Part shown: piece by piece, positions 9,525-20,100 of the stretch | Layout of the letters: the number at the start of each line of letters is the position of its first letter | How positions within the stretch are numbered: position 1 is the first letter of the stretch | Source: Chthoniobacteraceae bacterium | GTDB taxonomy: Bacteria > Verrucomicrobiota > Verrucomicrobiia > Chthoniobacterales > Chthoniobacteraceae | DNA length: 64,000 nucleotides | Direction: 5' to 3' | Assembly: GCA_037190965.1 (NCBI GenBank) | Contig: JBBCKI010000004.1 | Location: 32,001-96,000 of the forward strand | Program-made: the position numbers and the translations under genes | Notes under the pieces: generated by a model | What the model was told of the DNA's origin: nothing | The model's input: only the letters and a program-made list of their open reading frames with translations | Database searches by the model: none

Positions 9525-11174
9525 TCACTTTTCCGTGGGAATAATCGTCCCCCGCAGGATCAATCGCTGGCAAAAGACAAAAACCAACAAGGTGGGGACG
9601 GAGGCGATTACGAATGCCGCCATGCCGAGCCATGGCCTGGCGGAGTAATTCATCTGAAACTGAAATAGCCACACCATCAGCGTCCACATTTTCGAGTCCT
9701 GACAGACAAGCAACGCCCACATGTAGCCGCTGTAGGCCGCGGTAAACGAGCCCAGCGCAGTCACGGCAAGAATCGGAGCGGAAAGGGGCAATGCGACATG
9801 CCAGAACATTTGAGCATCCCCGGCACCATCGACCTTTGCAGACTCGAAGAGCTCTTCGGGAAGTCCATCGAAGAAGCCTTTCAACAGAAAAATGCTGAAG
9901 CCCGATGCCGCGCCGGGAAGCACCAGGGCGGCGAATGTATTCAGCATATTCAAGTCCCTCAACAGGAGGAAACTGGGAATCATGGCCACCTCGGCCGGGA
10001 AGGCGATGGTCAAGACGAGAAACATCAAGGTAAGGCGGCCATGCCTGCCTTGATATCGGCTGATACCATAGGCTGCGAGAGGGTTGATGATGAGGGCCAC
10101 CAATATAGATAATATGACCAAGATGACAGTATTGAATACCGCATCGCTTTGCTGGGTGAGGAATTTTCCGACAATGCGGTAGTTCGCCACCATCATTTCC
10201 AGACGAAGCGAGGTTTCGTTTCCGACAAACAGGGCTGAGTCTTCAGTGCGATAAAGCAAGGGGGCTGTGTTCAGTTTGAGGGTGGGATCGCCCCAGGCGG
10301 AGGTCAGCGCTGTATCCGATCCATACTTAGCCGAAAGAAAGTCTCGCCACTCAGATTCCGCGCAGATCAACTCGTTGCCCTTCGTCAAACTCTCGGGCCA
10401 AGTCGTGCTCAAAAATCTCTCCCATAGCTCCTTCGCCTTTGGATCTGTCGGCCCTTCGGGGCGAAACTCTTCTCTATTTGGCAGCTCTCCTTCGGAGACC
10501 TGATTCTTTAGCCACTCCCTCCAAATGAAGTCCCCGCTCACGGGCAAAAGGCTTTGCGGCGGAAGCAGCAAAAGGAACTCTTGATAGTCGGAATAAATGG
10601 GATCGTCGGGGTCATCAAGCTGGCGCCCGAGCTTCCATGGCGGCAGGGGCACGAAGCTCATCTCTTGCTCAGCCAGATGATAAGTGCGGTTGAGGCGCTC
10701 GATTGGTTTGAGTTCGGCCCATTCGGCGATCTTCGTTCCCCGGACCACCGCTCCGTCAAACCGGAGGGCCAGGAAATCATGATAACGAGACTCTGCATCC
10801 GCTTCGTCAGCCACACGCAGGTAGGTACGATTTGCCTTGGTGCTTAAGAATTGGCGCCAATCCCTGAGGGGCTGCAAGGGTGGCTGACCGGTTGGGGCGG
10901 AAATCCGCCCCTTCAGATCAGACGCACGAACGACTCCCTCCACTTCATAGATATCGGCAAGCAGGCGAAAGTCGCCGTATCTTTTGAGAAGGAATTTCTC
11001 AAAAAGAGCATCTCGCTCAAAAAGATAACGCGGAACCAGCCCTCTGTTCCTGAAGTCGTGATCGTCGGACAAGGAACCCGTCAACATCATCCAGAATGGA
11101 TAGATCATCGTCAACCCGCCGAGGGTCAGGAGGATGTAGAAGCCCGTCAGCAGCCAACGCGCTTCTCGATACAT
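9525..11174 (-). CDS. Carbohydrate ABC transporter permease (MalG-like) with large extracytoplasmic insertion
   Basis: N-terminal TM (MIYPFWMML), about 300 aa of soluble insert, C-terminal CUT1 permease with EAA loop (ELFESAKVDGA). Start at ATG 11174 (MYREARW). Confidence 0.88.
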   Translation of the reverse strand: MYREARWLLTGFYILLTLGGLTMIYPFWMMLTGSLSDDHDFRNRGLVPRYLFERDALFEKFLLKRYGDFRLLADIYEVEGVVRASDLKGRISAPTGQPPLQPLRDWRQFLSTKANRTYLRVADEADAESRYHDFLALRFDGAVVRGTKIAEWAELKPIERLNRTYHLAEQEMSFVPLPPWKLGRQLDDPDDPIYSDYQEFLLLLPPQSLLPVSGDFIWREWLKNQVSEGELPNREEFRPEGPTDPKAKELWERFLSTTWPESLTKGNELICAESEWRDFLSAKYGSDTALTSAWGDPTLKLNTAPLLYRTEDSALFVGNETSLRLEMMVANYRIVGKFLTQQSDAVFNTVILVILSILVALIINPLAAYGISRYQGRHGRLTLMFLVLTIAFPAEVAMIPSFLLLRDLNMLNTFAALVLPGAASGFSIFLLKGFFDGLPEELFESAKVDGAGDAQMFWHVALPLSAPILAVTALGSFTAAYSGYMWALLVCQDSKMWTLMVWLFQFQMNYSARPWLGMAAFVIASVPTLLVFVFCQRLILRGTIIPTEK

Positions 11175-11200
11175 TTTGGGGTTACCTACTAAACCAGCGC

Positions 11201-13897
11201 TCACTTGTCCCCTCCTTTCCTGAAGTCCACGCTCCGCATCAACTTGATCTGCCAGACCACAAAACCGATCAGCATTGCGCCCAACATCCACGCCTGCGCG
11301 GTCGCCATTCCAAATCGCAAAAAGACGAATGAGTTCATCCAAATTTCAAGCGCGGCGACTTGCGTTGAGAGATCCGGCCCTCCTCCCGTCATAATAAAAA
11401 TATTAGTCCATCCATGGGCGGAACCGATAAGAGCTCCAACCAGATTGATCATCAGAAGAGGCTTGAGATAGGGGAGGGTGACGTTCCATAGCTTTCTCCA
11501 GAATCCGGCGCCGTCGATCTCCGACGCTTCGTAAAGATCGGGGCTCACGCTCTGCAAGGCGGCGAGATAGATCAGGCACCCTGTTCCCATTGCCGCCCAA
11601 ATGCCAGGAATGATGACGCAAAGCATCGCTAACCTTGGGTCCTGGAGCCACCGTATCGGCCACTCCACGCGAAGAACCGCGGGAGCAATGCTGTTCCATA
11701 GCCCGATGAGGGGATCGAGAATTTGGTTGAGAACTCCATCTGGCGTCGGTTCGTAAAGAGTCACCCAGAGCAGCATGATCACCAACCCGCTGGTAACCGC
11801 GGGGAGAAAGAAAAGGGTGCGAAAGAGGTATTTGCCTCGCGGGATTTCGTGCAACAGAACGGCCAGCGCGATTGGCGCAAAGAAGCCCAACGCCACGGTC
11901 ATTCCGATAAACTTGAAGCTATTCCAGAGCGTGTACCAAAATCGGGGGCTCCACACCCCCTCCACAAAGTTAGCCAGCCCGACCCATTTAACCTCGCCGC
12001 TGAGCCGATAATCTTGAAAGGCCAGGAGGAGCCCGCGAACTGCCGGATAGTAACTCCAGAGCAATACACTCAACAGCGCAGGCAGGACCAAAAGCCAGAA
12101 TCCCAACTTCAGACCCGTGGCACGTTGCCGCCCTATCGAAGGATTAAGAGATCCTTTGGGCACCCCGATAGCGGCACGGATCCCCCACCCCATCGCGATC
12201 ACAGACCCAACAATGACCAACGACGCGACCCCCTTCTCCAACCACCCCTTGCCCGTTCCCGGTGCGCGCAAGATCCGTTGCTCGATGTCGCGCTGTACAA
12301 AATTCATCGCGGCGGGGATGTCGATCTCCGGACTTTCGGAGATTTTCCGAACCGTCCGGGCAAAAAACTCCGTCTGCGCCTGATGAAAGCCGGAAAAGTA
12401 AGGAATGACCCGCGGATTCCTTGTCGCCAGCCTGCTTAAGTTCACCCAGTTCGGCGACATCTTTGCCAATGCGTCAACATGCCCAAAGCGCTCCACATCG
12501 ACGGGAGAAGCAACATCAAGATGGCGATGCTGAACGAGGTAGTCGGTGCAAATCCGCGCCCAATCGGGACCGCATTGGAAAGCGAGAAAATCCCATCCCG
12601 CCTTGAGTTTTTCTCCGTTCAGATCGTTGTTCAACCCGAAAAGCATTGGAATGCAGCCCAAGCCTGGCTCGCTACCGGGGTCAAGCGCGGGCGGCGGCGC
12701 AAAGTCGTAGAACCCAGAAGATCGACCGAAGGCGGCGGCATTGTTGTTCTGAAGCATCATGAAGGCCAATTCACCGCTCATCAATTTGTCGATATTATCT
12801 CTATCTCCGGACAAATTCTGGGATGGCTGACAAATCCCTCTTTGGATCCCTCCAGGCACCGTCGTCAGGTCGATCAGCTTTCCTGTACCGGGAGAGCGGA
12901 TAGAGGCCCCTTTGACTTCAGCTTCGCTGAGATTGAGCGGTTCCCCCGTATGGGGATCTACAATCCACGGCTGCCAGCAGAGCTTCCAGATGGCCTCGAG
13001 AGCCCTCCGGGTGGGCTCTCCGTCGAACACGGTCCTCCACTTGACGGTGACTTCGCCTGGTTTGACGCCTAGTTCGCGGATCCGTTCGGCGACTTGATCT
13101 TCGGGTAGCACGCTGCCGAGGGTAACGCCATCGGAAGATCTGACGAGATCGCCCACTCCCGGCGTCCCTCCGGCCGACCAAAGAAAAGAGAAAAAGAGGG
13201 CATCCAGCTCCCGCGGCATGGCATAGATCCGCCTGCCATTGCTATTCCCACGGGTCTCACGATTCTTAAGGGAGAGCGCGCAAATCTTCTGCCCGGCGTA
13301 CAGAAATGACGCAAAGTCCTTCGGAAAATCATGCGGGGCCAGCCCAGCGGCCAAGAGGATATCGGGCCGGTAGACCATGACGCTAAACCAGTTACCCATG
13401 GGCAATGCATAGATATCGCTGCCTCGCATGCCCATCTGTCTAGACAAAGGAGGAATATCGAGCCACGGCTTCCAGCGGATTTCCTCCGGATCGAGCACCC
13501 CATCTCCATTCTCATCCTCGCCAATGAATTCATTCAGGCGCTTCAGAAAACCCTGGTCGACGAGAAACTGAAGCCGATGAACATAGGTAAAAGTCACATC
13601 CGGCGCCGACTTGGCCGCAAACGACATCAACTCCGAAGCGACGTCAAAGTCTCCCGGGACCCTGAAGCGGGACCACGGTTCAACGCCGATATTGGGATGC
13701 TGCTGCTGAAATGCAGCCAGCGCCTTGCCATTCGCCAGGCCCTCCGGCCACATTCCTACATCGAGCTTCTTGACTTTGAGCGTCGTCCGTCCGCTTCCCT
13801 CCTTTGCCGGCTTTGATCTTCCAAACATGAGCCATACGACGACAAACAAGAAGATCAGTGCCCCCGCTATTCTCAATGAACTCAACAGATTTCGCAT
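11201..13897 (-). CDS. Solute-binding protein fused to carbohydrate ABC permease (MalF-like)
   Basis: N-terminal anchor, SBP-like region, then permease (LYEASEIDGAGFWRKLWNVTLP EAA motif) in one uninterrupted frame. Start placed at ATG 13897. Confidence 0.88.
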   Translation of the reverse strand: MRNLLSSLRIAGALIFLFVVVWLMFGRSKPAKEGSGRTTLKVKKLDVGMWPEGLANGKALAAFQQQHPNIGVEPWSRFRVPGDFDVASELMSFAAKSAPDVTFTYVHRLQFLVDQGFLKRLNEFIGEDENGDGVLDPEEIRWKPWLDIPPLSRQMGMRGSDIYALPMGNWFSVMVYRPDILLAAGLAPHDFPKDFASFLYAGQKICALSLKNRETRGNSNGRRIYAMPRELDALFFSFLWSAGGTPGVGDLVRSSDGVTLGSVLPEDQVAERIRELGVKPGEVTVKWRTVFDGEPTRRALEAIWKLCWQPWIVDPHTGEPLNLSEAEVKGASIRSPGTGKLIDLTTVPGGIQRGICQPSQNLSGDRDNIDKLMSGELAFMMLQNNNAAAFGRSSGFYDFAPPPALDPGSEPGLGCIPMLFGLNNDLNGEKLKAGWDFLAFQCGPDWARICTDYLVQHRHLDVASPVDVERFGHVDALAKMSPNWVNLSRLATRNPRVIPYFSGFHQAQTEFFARTVRKISESPEIDIPAAMNFVQRDIEQRILRAPGTGKGWLEKGVASLVIVGSVIAMGWGIRAAIGVPKGSLNPSIGRQRATGLKLGFWLLVLPALLSVLLWSYYPAVRGLLLAFQDYRLSGEVKWVGLANFVEGVWSPRFWYTLWNSFKFIGMTVALGFFAPIALAVLLHEIPRGKYLFRTLFFLPAVTSGLVIMLLWVTLYEPTPDGVLNQILDPLIGLWNSIAPAVLRVEWPIRWLQDPRLAMLCVIIPGIWAAMGTGCLIYLAALQSVSPDLYEASEIDGAGFWRKLWNVTLPYLKPLLMINLVGALIGSAHGWTNIFIMTGGGPDLSTQVAALEIWMNSFVFLRFGMATAQAWMLGAMLIGFVVWQIKLMRSVDFRKGGDK

Positions 13898-14126
13898 TTT
13901 GATAATCGCCGCAAATCCACGCCGAACAGCCTTACCGGCGGAGCGGCTCACAAACCGCTTTGCGCTTTCTGCGACAGTGGGCCCTTAACGCCCGCGCCTT
14001 CGCTAAAAGATAGCGAAGACGCAGGGAATACAGCGCCCCGATATTGATTGGCGTGTGAGAACGAGCCTCCGAAAATACCGGTCACGCATCCATCCTGAAA
14101 CGTCGGCGGCCCGGCCAATGATAAGC

Positions 14127-17100
14127 TTATAGTTTCTCCACCGCAGCCTTGTCGGACTTCAAAGTGCGATCCTTCAAGGAAATGCTCCCGGCGGCCCCCA
14201 GGCAAAGCACCTTTCGATTGCCCCGCATCTGAATAGATCCCACGGTCCCCGAGAAGGAAACATCGCCTTCCTTAAACTCAAAGGCATCGTTACTTAAAAA
14301 GACATAGTCGGTGCCTGCGGCGCTTTCCACCTTCACTCCCCTGCCATCTGCCAGTGAGGTAATCACGGGTGGATTCTCCGACTTAAGACGAGGATAGATG
14401 AGCGCACTAAACACTCGCCCCTTTCGCGCGGAAGCGATCACCCCCGTCTGGGTAAACGACGCCCCGGGAATTCCTCTTCCGCTCGGGTTCAACTCCGTGG
14501 CATGCCTTGTCTTGCTTTCGGTCGTCAGTTCCACGTTGCCCGGCAACAGGAACTGGATATCGGTATCGACATCATCAGCACCATGGACCAAGGCCCCTTT
14601 GGGAATGAGATCGACATTCTGACTAGCCAGCCACAATCTCCAGGTCGCCCGCTGGGTGGGGACGTCCGCCAGGGTGTCACAGATCAGAAAGTAATTCGGA
14701 GCGAGAGGATCTTCGTCCTTCACGAAAGTGATTTGACGGGTCCACCCCCCACATTCGCCGCGCAAGGCATCGAATGCCTCGCTGGTGAAGAACTCTTTCA
14801 CATGCATCAGAGGCCCGTTCAGGATAGACTCCAGCATGCTGTGGTCGCTGACCGGCTCTCGGCTTTCATACCCAAAGTCATCCGCTACGATTCGCCCCTT
14901 GCCCCAAATGGTGATACTTCCGGAATCGAAATCGTAGTGCTCAAAGTGTTTTCCCGCGATGAGGTGCAAGGATGTTTCCCTATCAGACGGGTATTTGTTC
15001 CGAAGAATCACGCCGGTTTCGGGAAACAACTCGCTCGTATAGGCAGGTGCCTTTTCCGGGATGCCGGGATCGATCAGCAGCTTCCTAAAGCCGTTAAGCC
15101 CTCCTGAGGCTTCCCTGGTGGAGGAGCCTTGCTGTCGAAACATCCATTGCATCTGCGATGCAAACTCCGGATCCTTTTCCTTCCACAGACTGGCAACAAG
15201 GCCGAATTGACCGAACGTTTCGTTGCGAAGAGTATTGCCTATCGGGGGCATATGCCGCAGACCGTAAAAACGGACATTGGGAGGAGTGGAAATTTTCGCA
15301 AACCACTCGATGACTTTCTTCATTTGTGGGTGGAGCACATACTCATCGAACCCGGCGTTGCGCGCCATCAGAAAGCTACTGAGGATCAGTTCATAGGAAA
15401 ACATGGCGTAGTGAGGCGCTTCCAACCATCCACCATTTACATCCGACCATTCAACGAGTTGCCTTTTGAGTTCAGCCAAGCCCGTTTCAACCCACTGGCG
15501 GGACAATGGATGAGAAGAGATCAAAAGACCCATGCCCACTTGATGCATGCTCACCACGGAGGTCATGTTTGGGTTGGCACGAAAACCGCGCTCCGGCGAC
15601 CAGTAATCCTTCCTTGCCAAAGTATATCCAAGAAACGCGGCTTGAGCCCGGACCTGTTCAATTCGCTCCTTCGGAACATCGCTGCTCACTGAAAGGTAAG
15701 CGTCCAGGTGATTCGGCAGATCCTGAAACGGATATTGACGATGCGGCATGGATCCAAACGAATAATGACTCTCCTGCTGAAAGAACTGATTGACCAGGTT
15801 CTGAAGACCTGTAACGGCCATGTTCAGATGACCTTGAAGGTACTGCGGATCAGCCCCGCTCAAGGCGTATCTCATCCTGCCATCAAGATCCAGCTTATGA
15901 GATTCGTCCTTGGGAAGAGCTGCCGGGAACTCCTCCTTCACGCGCTGAATGGCGGCAGTCGTCAGCAACATGTTCGGGCGCCGGTCTTCCCCCTCCCATT
16001 CCAGTACGTAGTCTTTGATCCGATTAAGAGGAAACTCGTACTTGATCACATATTTCTGAGGCAACGGCGCCTTACCTTTGTGTTCTTCCTTGAGAAGCGC
16101 CATACTCTCCTCCTTATCCAATGCGCCAATCATCCAGCGCCTCTCATTCTTTTGCAGCGGCAGTTCGACGAGAAGGTCATTGTCCCGATTAAGCACTTTA
16201 AGGGTGGCCCATTTAGGACGGAGGTTGGCAGGGTCCACCCAGACATCGGCATCCCGCGCCCCCAACATAACCAGATCCGAGTCGCGATCGTTGAAAACGG
16301 AGAACCATTTTCCGTTCCTGTTCTCCCACCAATGGGTCCATGGCGCCCAGGTAAAGACAGGTTCGTTCTGAGGAATCGATCCTATTTCCTCTCTGACAAC
16401 AGTCCTGCGTTTCGGTCCACTCCGATAAAAAACAGCCCCTGGCTCGAAGTTGCGCTTAAAGGAAAACATCCACTTTTTCTCCTCGGCCAGAGAGGAAGTT
16501 TCATCCACAAGCATAACGGGTTCACCCGCCTGAAGGCGGAACTTCATCTTCCACTCTTCACCCGCGGCAAATTTTCCGACACATTCAACCTCTGCAAATA
16601 CCGGGCCGCGCGTCACAACAGCAGCCCTCCATCCGCTAGGCGTCAAGCCCTCACTGAGTTGCGATCCTCCAATCCATTTCCCGGACTTAAGAAGAATCCC
16701 TTCAATCGGACCCTGCCTGCCGGAAACGTGCTTTCGCAAGCTGACGCCAGTGAGGCCATTGGTTAGCCGGATACTATCGGGCGTCTCTTCGATTTTGATT
16801 CCATTCTCATTGTTTGCTGCTTTCTGCGGATCAAACTTATAAGATCTTTTCTCAAAAGGCCCCAAGTTGGCAATGAAAGCGATTCTAGCTGGGTTCTTGT
16901 CGTTTCCTTCGATCAACTGATAGGGAATCCCATTCCCCTCGGGATCAACGAGAGCTTTGTTTCCCTTGGCAAGCGCCAACTGATCTTTGGAAAGAGGAAA
17001 CTCGACCAGTTCATTACGCCACTCTTGCTTCAGGTAGTCCTTCAATTGGAAGGCGGCTTCGTCCTTGGCGGCCAGTCGGGAAGGCTGCGCCAATAGCAAA

Positions 17101-17138
17101 CTTAGAGGCAGAAAAAAAATCCAACACCGTATCTTCAT
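14127..17138 (-). CDS. Secreted ~1000 aa protein, heparinase II/III-like polysaccharide lyase candidate
   Basis: Signal peptide; GGWLEAPHY, PPIGNT and HFEHYDFDSGSITIWGKGRIVADDFGY resemble the toroid plus Hepar_II_III motifs. Confidence 0.6.
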   Translation of the reverse strand: MKIRCWIFFLPLSLLLAQPSRLAAKDEAAFQLKDYLKQEWRNELVEFPLSKDQLALAKGNKALVDPEGNGIPYQLIEGNDKNPARIAFIANLGPFEKRSYKFDPQKAANNENGIKIEETPDSIRLTNGLTGVSLRKHVSGRQGPIEGILLKSGKWIGGSQLSEGLTPSGWRAAVVTRGPVFAEVECVGKFAAGEEWKMKFRLQAGEPVMLVDETSSLAEEKKWMFSFKRNFEPGAVFYRSGPKRRTVVREEIGSIPQNEPVFTWAPWTHWWENRNGKWFSVFNDRDSDLVMLGARDADVWVDPANLRPKWATLKVLNRDNDLLVELPLQKNERRWMIGALDKEESMALLKEEHKGKAPLPQKYVIKYEFPLNRIKDYVLEWEGEDRRPNMLLTTAAIQRVKEEFPAALPKDESHKLDLDGRMRYALSGADPQYLQGHLNMAVTGLQNLVNQFFQQESHYSFGSMPHRQYPFQDLPNHLDAYLSVSSDVPKERIEQVRAQAAFLGYTLARKDYWSPERGFRANPNMTSVVSMHQVGMGLLISSHPLSRQWVETGLAELKRQLVEWSDVNGGWLEAPHYAMFSYELILSSFLMARNAGFDEYVLHPQMKKVIEWFAKISTPPNVRFYGLRHMPPIGNTLRNETFGQFGLVASLWKEKDPEFASQMQWMFRQQGSSTREASGGLNGFRKLLIDPGIPEKAPAYTSELFPETGVILRNKYPSDRETSLHLIAGKHFEHYDFDSGSITIWGKGRIVADDFGYESREPVSDHSMLESILNGPLMHVKEFFTSEAFDALRGECGGWTRQITFVKDEDPLAPNYFLICDTLADVPTQRATWRLWLASQNVDLIPKGALVHGADDVDTDIQFLLPGNVELTTESKTRHATELNPSGRGIPGASFTQTGVIASARKGRVFSALIYPRLKSENPPVITSLADGRGVKVESAAGTDYVFLSNDAFEFKEGDVSFSGTVGSIQMRGNRKVLCLGAAGSISLKDRTLKSDKAAVEKL

Positions 17139-17181
17139 ATTCAATCGTCCAATCTGTAAGCTCTATCGCAAAACCACCCAA

Positions 17182-20100
17182 TCAGCCGTTGACTCGCCTG
17201 GTTCTTCCAATCCATCCCAGCGTCAGCCCGAGTCCGGCGATCCATAGCACAGCAGAACCAGGTTCCGGCACCACGGTGAATTCACTCACATATCCATAAA
17301 CAGGGCCTCCGTCAAAATTCGCCATCTCGCGGACGGTATCAATCTTGAATGTAAGGAGACCGCCGTAGAGATCGTAGTTAACCTCATTATAGGTCACTTC
17401 ACCTTCTGGATTGAAGAGATAGAATGTGAACGCAGCGTTTTCGATCTGATCGAAGAAGGAGGCGTCGTTATCGGTGTAGAACCCACCCCTGAACGAATCT
17501 CCAAGACTCAAAGAACCGACGTTCAGATAGATGGCGACCGAGTTATTGGCACCCAGCGCGGTGGTGAATGGGGTTTCTCCCGTCAGTCGAAGAATATCGT
17601 TCACACTAGCGCTGCTATTACCGTAATTCGGGGAACCTGTGCCTGTGAACTCAAATGCATAGTCGAGGCCATCTTTCGAATCCGTCGCCGTCGCCGTCAG
17701 GATGCCAGGACTGTTGCCAGGACCGACAAGACCGCTTCCGCCGATCGTGCCAAGCCGCCCGCGCCCATTCAAAACACCGTTAACGGTGACGTTCGCCGAC
17801 GTATTAATGAATCCGTCGACCGTCAGAGTGGCTCCAGATGCCACTGAGACGCCCAAGGTCTGAGTTAAAGATCCGCTCACAAGCAACCGCCCCATCGTGA
17901 CCGTCGTGGTTCCGGTATAGTTATTGTTGTTGCCCGCGATGGAGAGTGTTCCGCTACCCGTCTTGACAAGACCACCCGCTCCACTCCCCAGATCAGATTT
18001 CATCACTGTGTTACCCGCCCCACCCACGGTCAACGTCCCGGTAAGCGCGACGGTGTTTCCTGCGGTTGCGATCGTGAGTGTCTGGCCCGCGGTCACCGTA
18101 TCGATACGCCCTCCACCTTCCTTTACAGAAAGCGCTCCATTGAGAGTCCCCGACAATCCCACGTAGTCGAGTCGCCCGGAACTGGAGGTAGTGCCCAACT
18201 GCACATTCCCACTGCTGCCGATATTGCTGCTTCCTCCACTAATGTCTACCGAAGAAACCCTCAAGACACCTTCCTCGATCAGAGTCGCCCCGATGTAGGT
18301 GTTTGCGCCGCTCAGTTCCAAAGTCCCCGCGCCTACCTTCTGCAGGGCGCTTCCCGCACGACCGGTGATAACTCCCGAGACATCGGCGTCCACAAGGGCG
18401 CTTCCGTTACTAACCTCCAACGTGCGTTGTAAGCCATTAAGATCAATCCCATTAACCCAGGTCACCTTGTGATCTGAGGTCACGGAACTTAAAAGCAAAC
18501 GTTGATAGGTCCGCAGAAAATTCGTTGTAGAACCCCAGATGTAACTGGCACCTGCCCCCCCTATATTGACGGTAGCATCAGCTCCATAGGCCCCAAAACC
18601 TCCAGAGGCCTCTTCCCATGCAACCTGCCCTTGTCCCGTACCCAAGGCGCGGGTAAACAGGGAATTCCCGGCACTGAGTTCCACCAAGCCTCTTCCTCCG
18701 AGACCGAAAATCAAGCTACCGGTGCCCAAGGCGTTGCTCCCAGCAAGCCGTAGCGTATTCTGACCAGCAAGAGTTGTGGCTCCGCTATAGCTGTTACTCC
18801 CTGAGAGCACCGTGATTCCAGTACCGATCAGTCTCAATCTGGTGTTCGTCCCCCCGCCGTTAGAGATATCACCAGTGATCCAAGTTTCTCCACTACCACC
18901 GATCGTCAAGGTATTATCATTCCCTGATGCGGACGCGCTAATAGGCCCACTGATGGTCAGCCTCTTTCCGGGTACTATATCATTGGTCAAGGCAACCTGC
19001 TTACTTCCTGTTGCCCCTGTGACAGTCATTCCGTTAGTAAACGTCAAACTGTGGCTTCCACTGAATGCTGCAATGATCGTGCCACCAGCGCTGGTGGCAA
19101 GATCAATAGTATTTGCAAAGGCTCGGTCTCCACCGCCTGCCTGAACAATGCCTCTATTGAATACCAGCAGCCCTCCCCCAGCCAGGGCATGATCGCTGGC
19201 TAGGACAAGGGTCGGCGCTGCTCCTCCGGCACCTACGGTTGTAGCGCCGGTGTAGCTATTACTCCCGGAAAACGTGACAATCCCGGCCCCCTGATGAAAT
19301 GTTACGCTGCTGTTAAGTCCACCGATGATGTTACCGCTTATCAAAGAATCACCAATGGCAGTTATCCTGAAGTCATTTGCGGCAGCGCCATTGGACATAT
19401 TGATGGTGCCGGAGATGGTCAGCAGTTTCCCCGGATCCAGCCTGTTGTTAAATCCTCCGGAGGTAGTGCCGGCGTCGAAGTTCACGCCGCCAGTGAAGGT
19501 CAGGCTGTTACTTCCACTAAACGTCGTACTGAATCCGCTACCGAAATCCAGGCCATTACTGAAGACACGATCAGCCCCGCCAGCCTGAACCACATTACCA
19601 GCACCCTGAAGGGAAAGACGAGCGTTTTTGCCAAGAGCATTATCACTGTTCAAGACTACCGTTCCCGCCCTCACGGTTAGAGAACCGGCGGAGGTGTCTC
19701 CGCTAAAAGCATTACTGCCAGACAGCGTTAGCGTTCCCGTTCCACTCTTAGCGAGGTTCTTAACTTGAATGCTGGAGGTGACGTCGATATTTCCGGCCCC
19801 GGTGAAGCTCAACACGTTGGTGGAATCAGGCCCCACAATATTTCCGCCGGCAATGGTTAGCGTCTGCCCCTCGGTCGTGACCTCGATAGTCTGGTCGCCG
19901 CTCCAGGCCATCGTGAATCCTCGGGTGAAAGTTGCGCTACTTCCAGTATAAGAAAAGGTTGCACGCCCGCCGCCGCCAAGAGTAACGGCGCTCGTTCCGC
20001 CTCCCAGGCTGGCGAGATTGGATAGTTCCAACTTGCCGGTCTTGATGTCTACATCCCCTGTGAAAGTATTGTTTCCAGAGAGAATCCATTTTCCACCGTT

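Noticed and set aside
13994..14022. Hairpin between the lyase-like gene and the ABC fusion as a riboswitch
   Set aside because: Single stem with no recognisable aptamer; at most a terminator or mRNA-stabilising stem.
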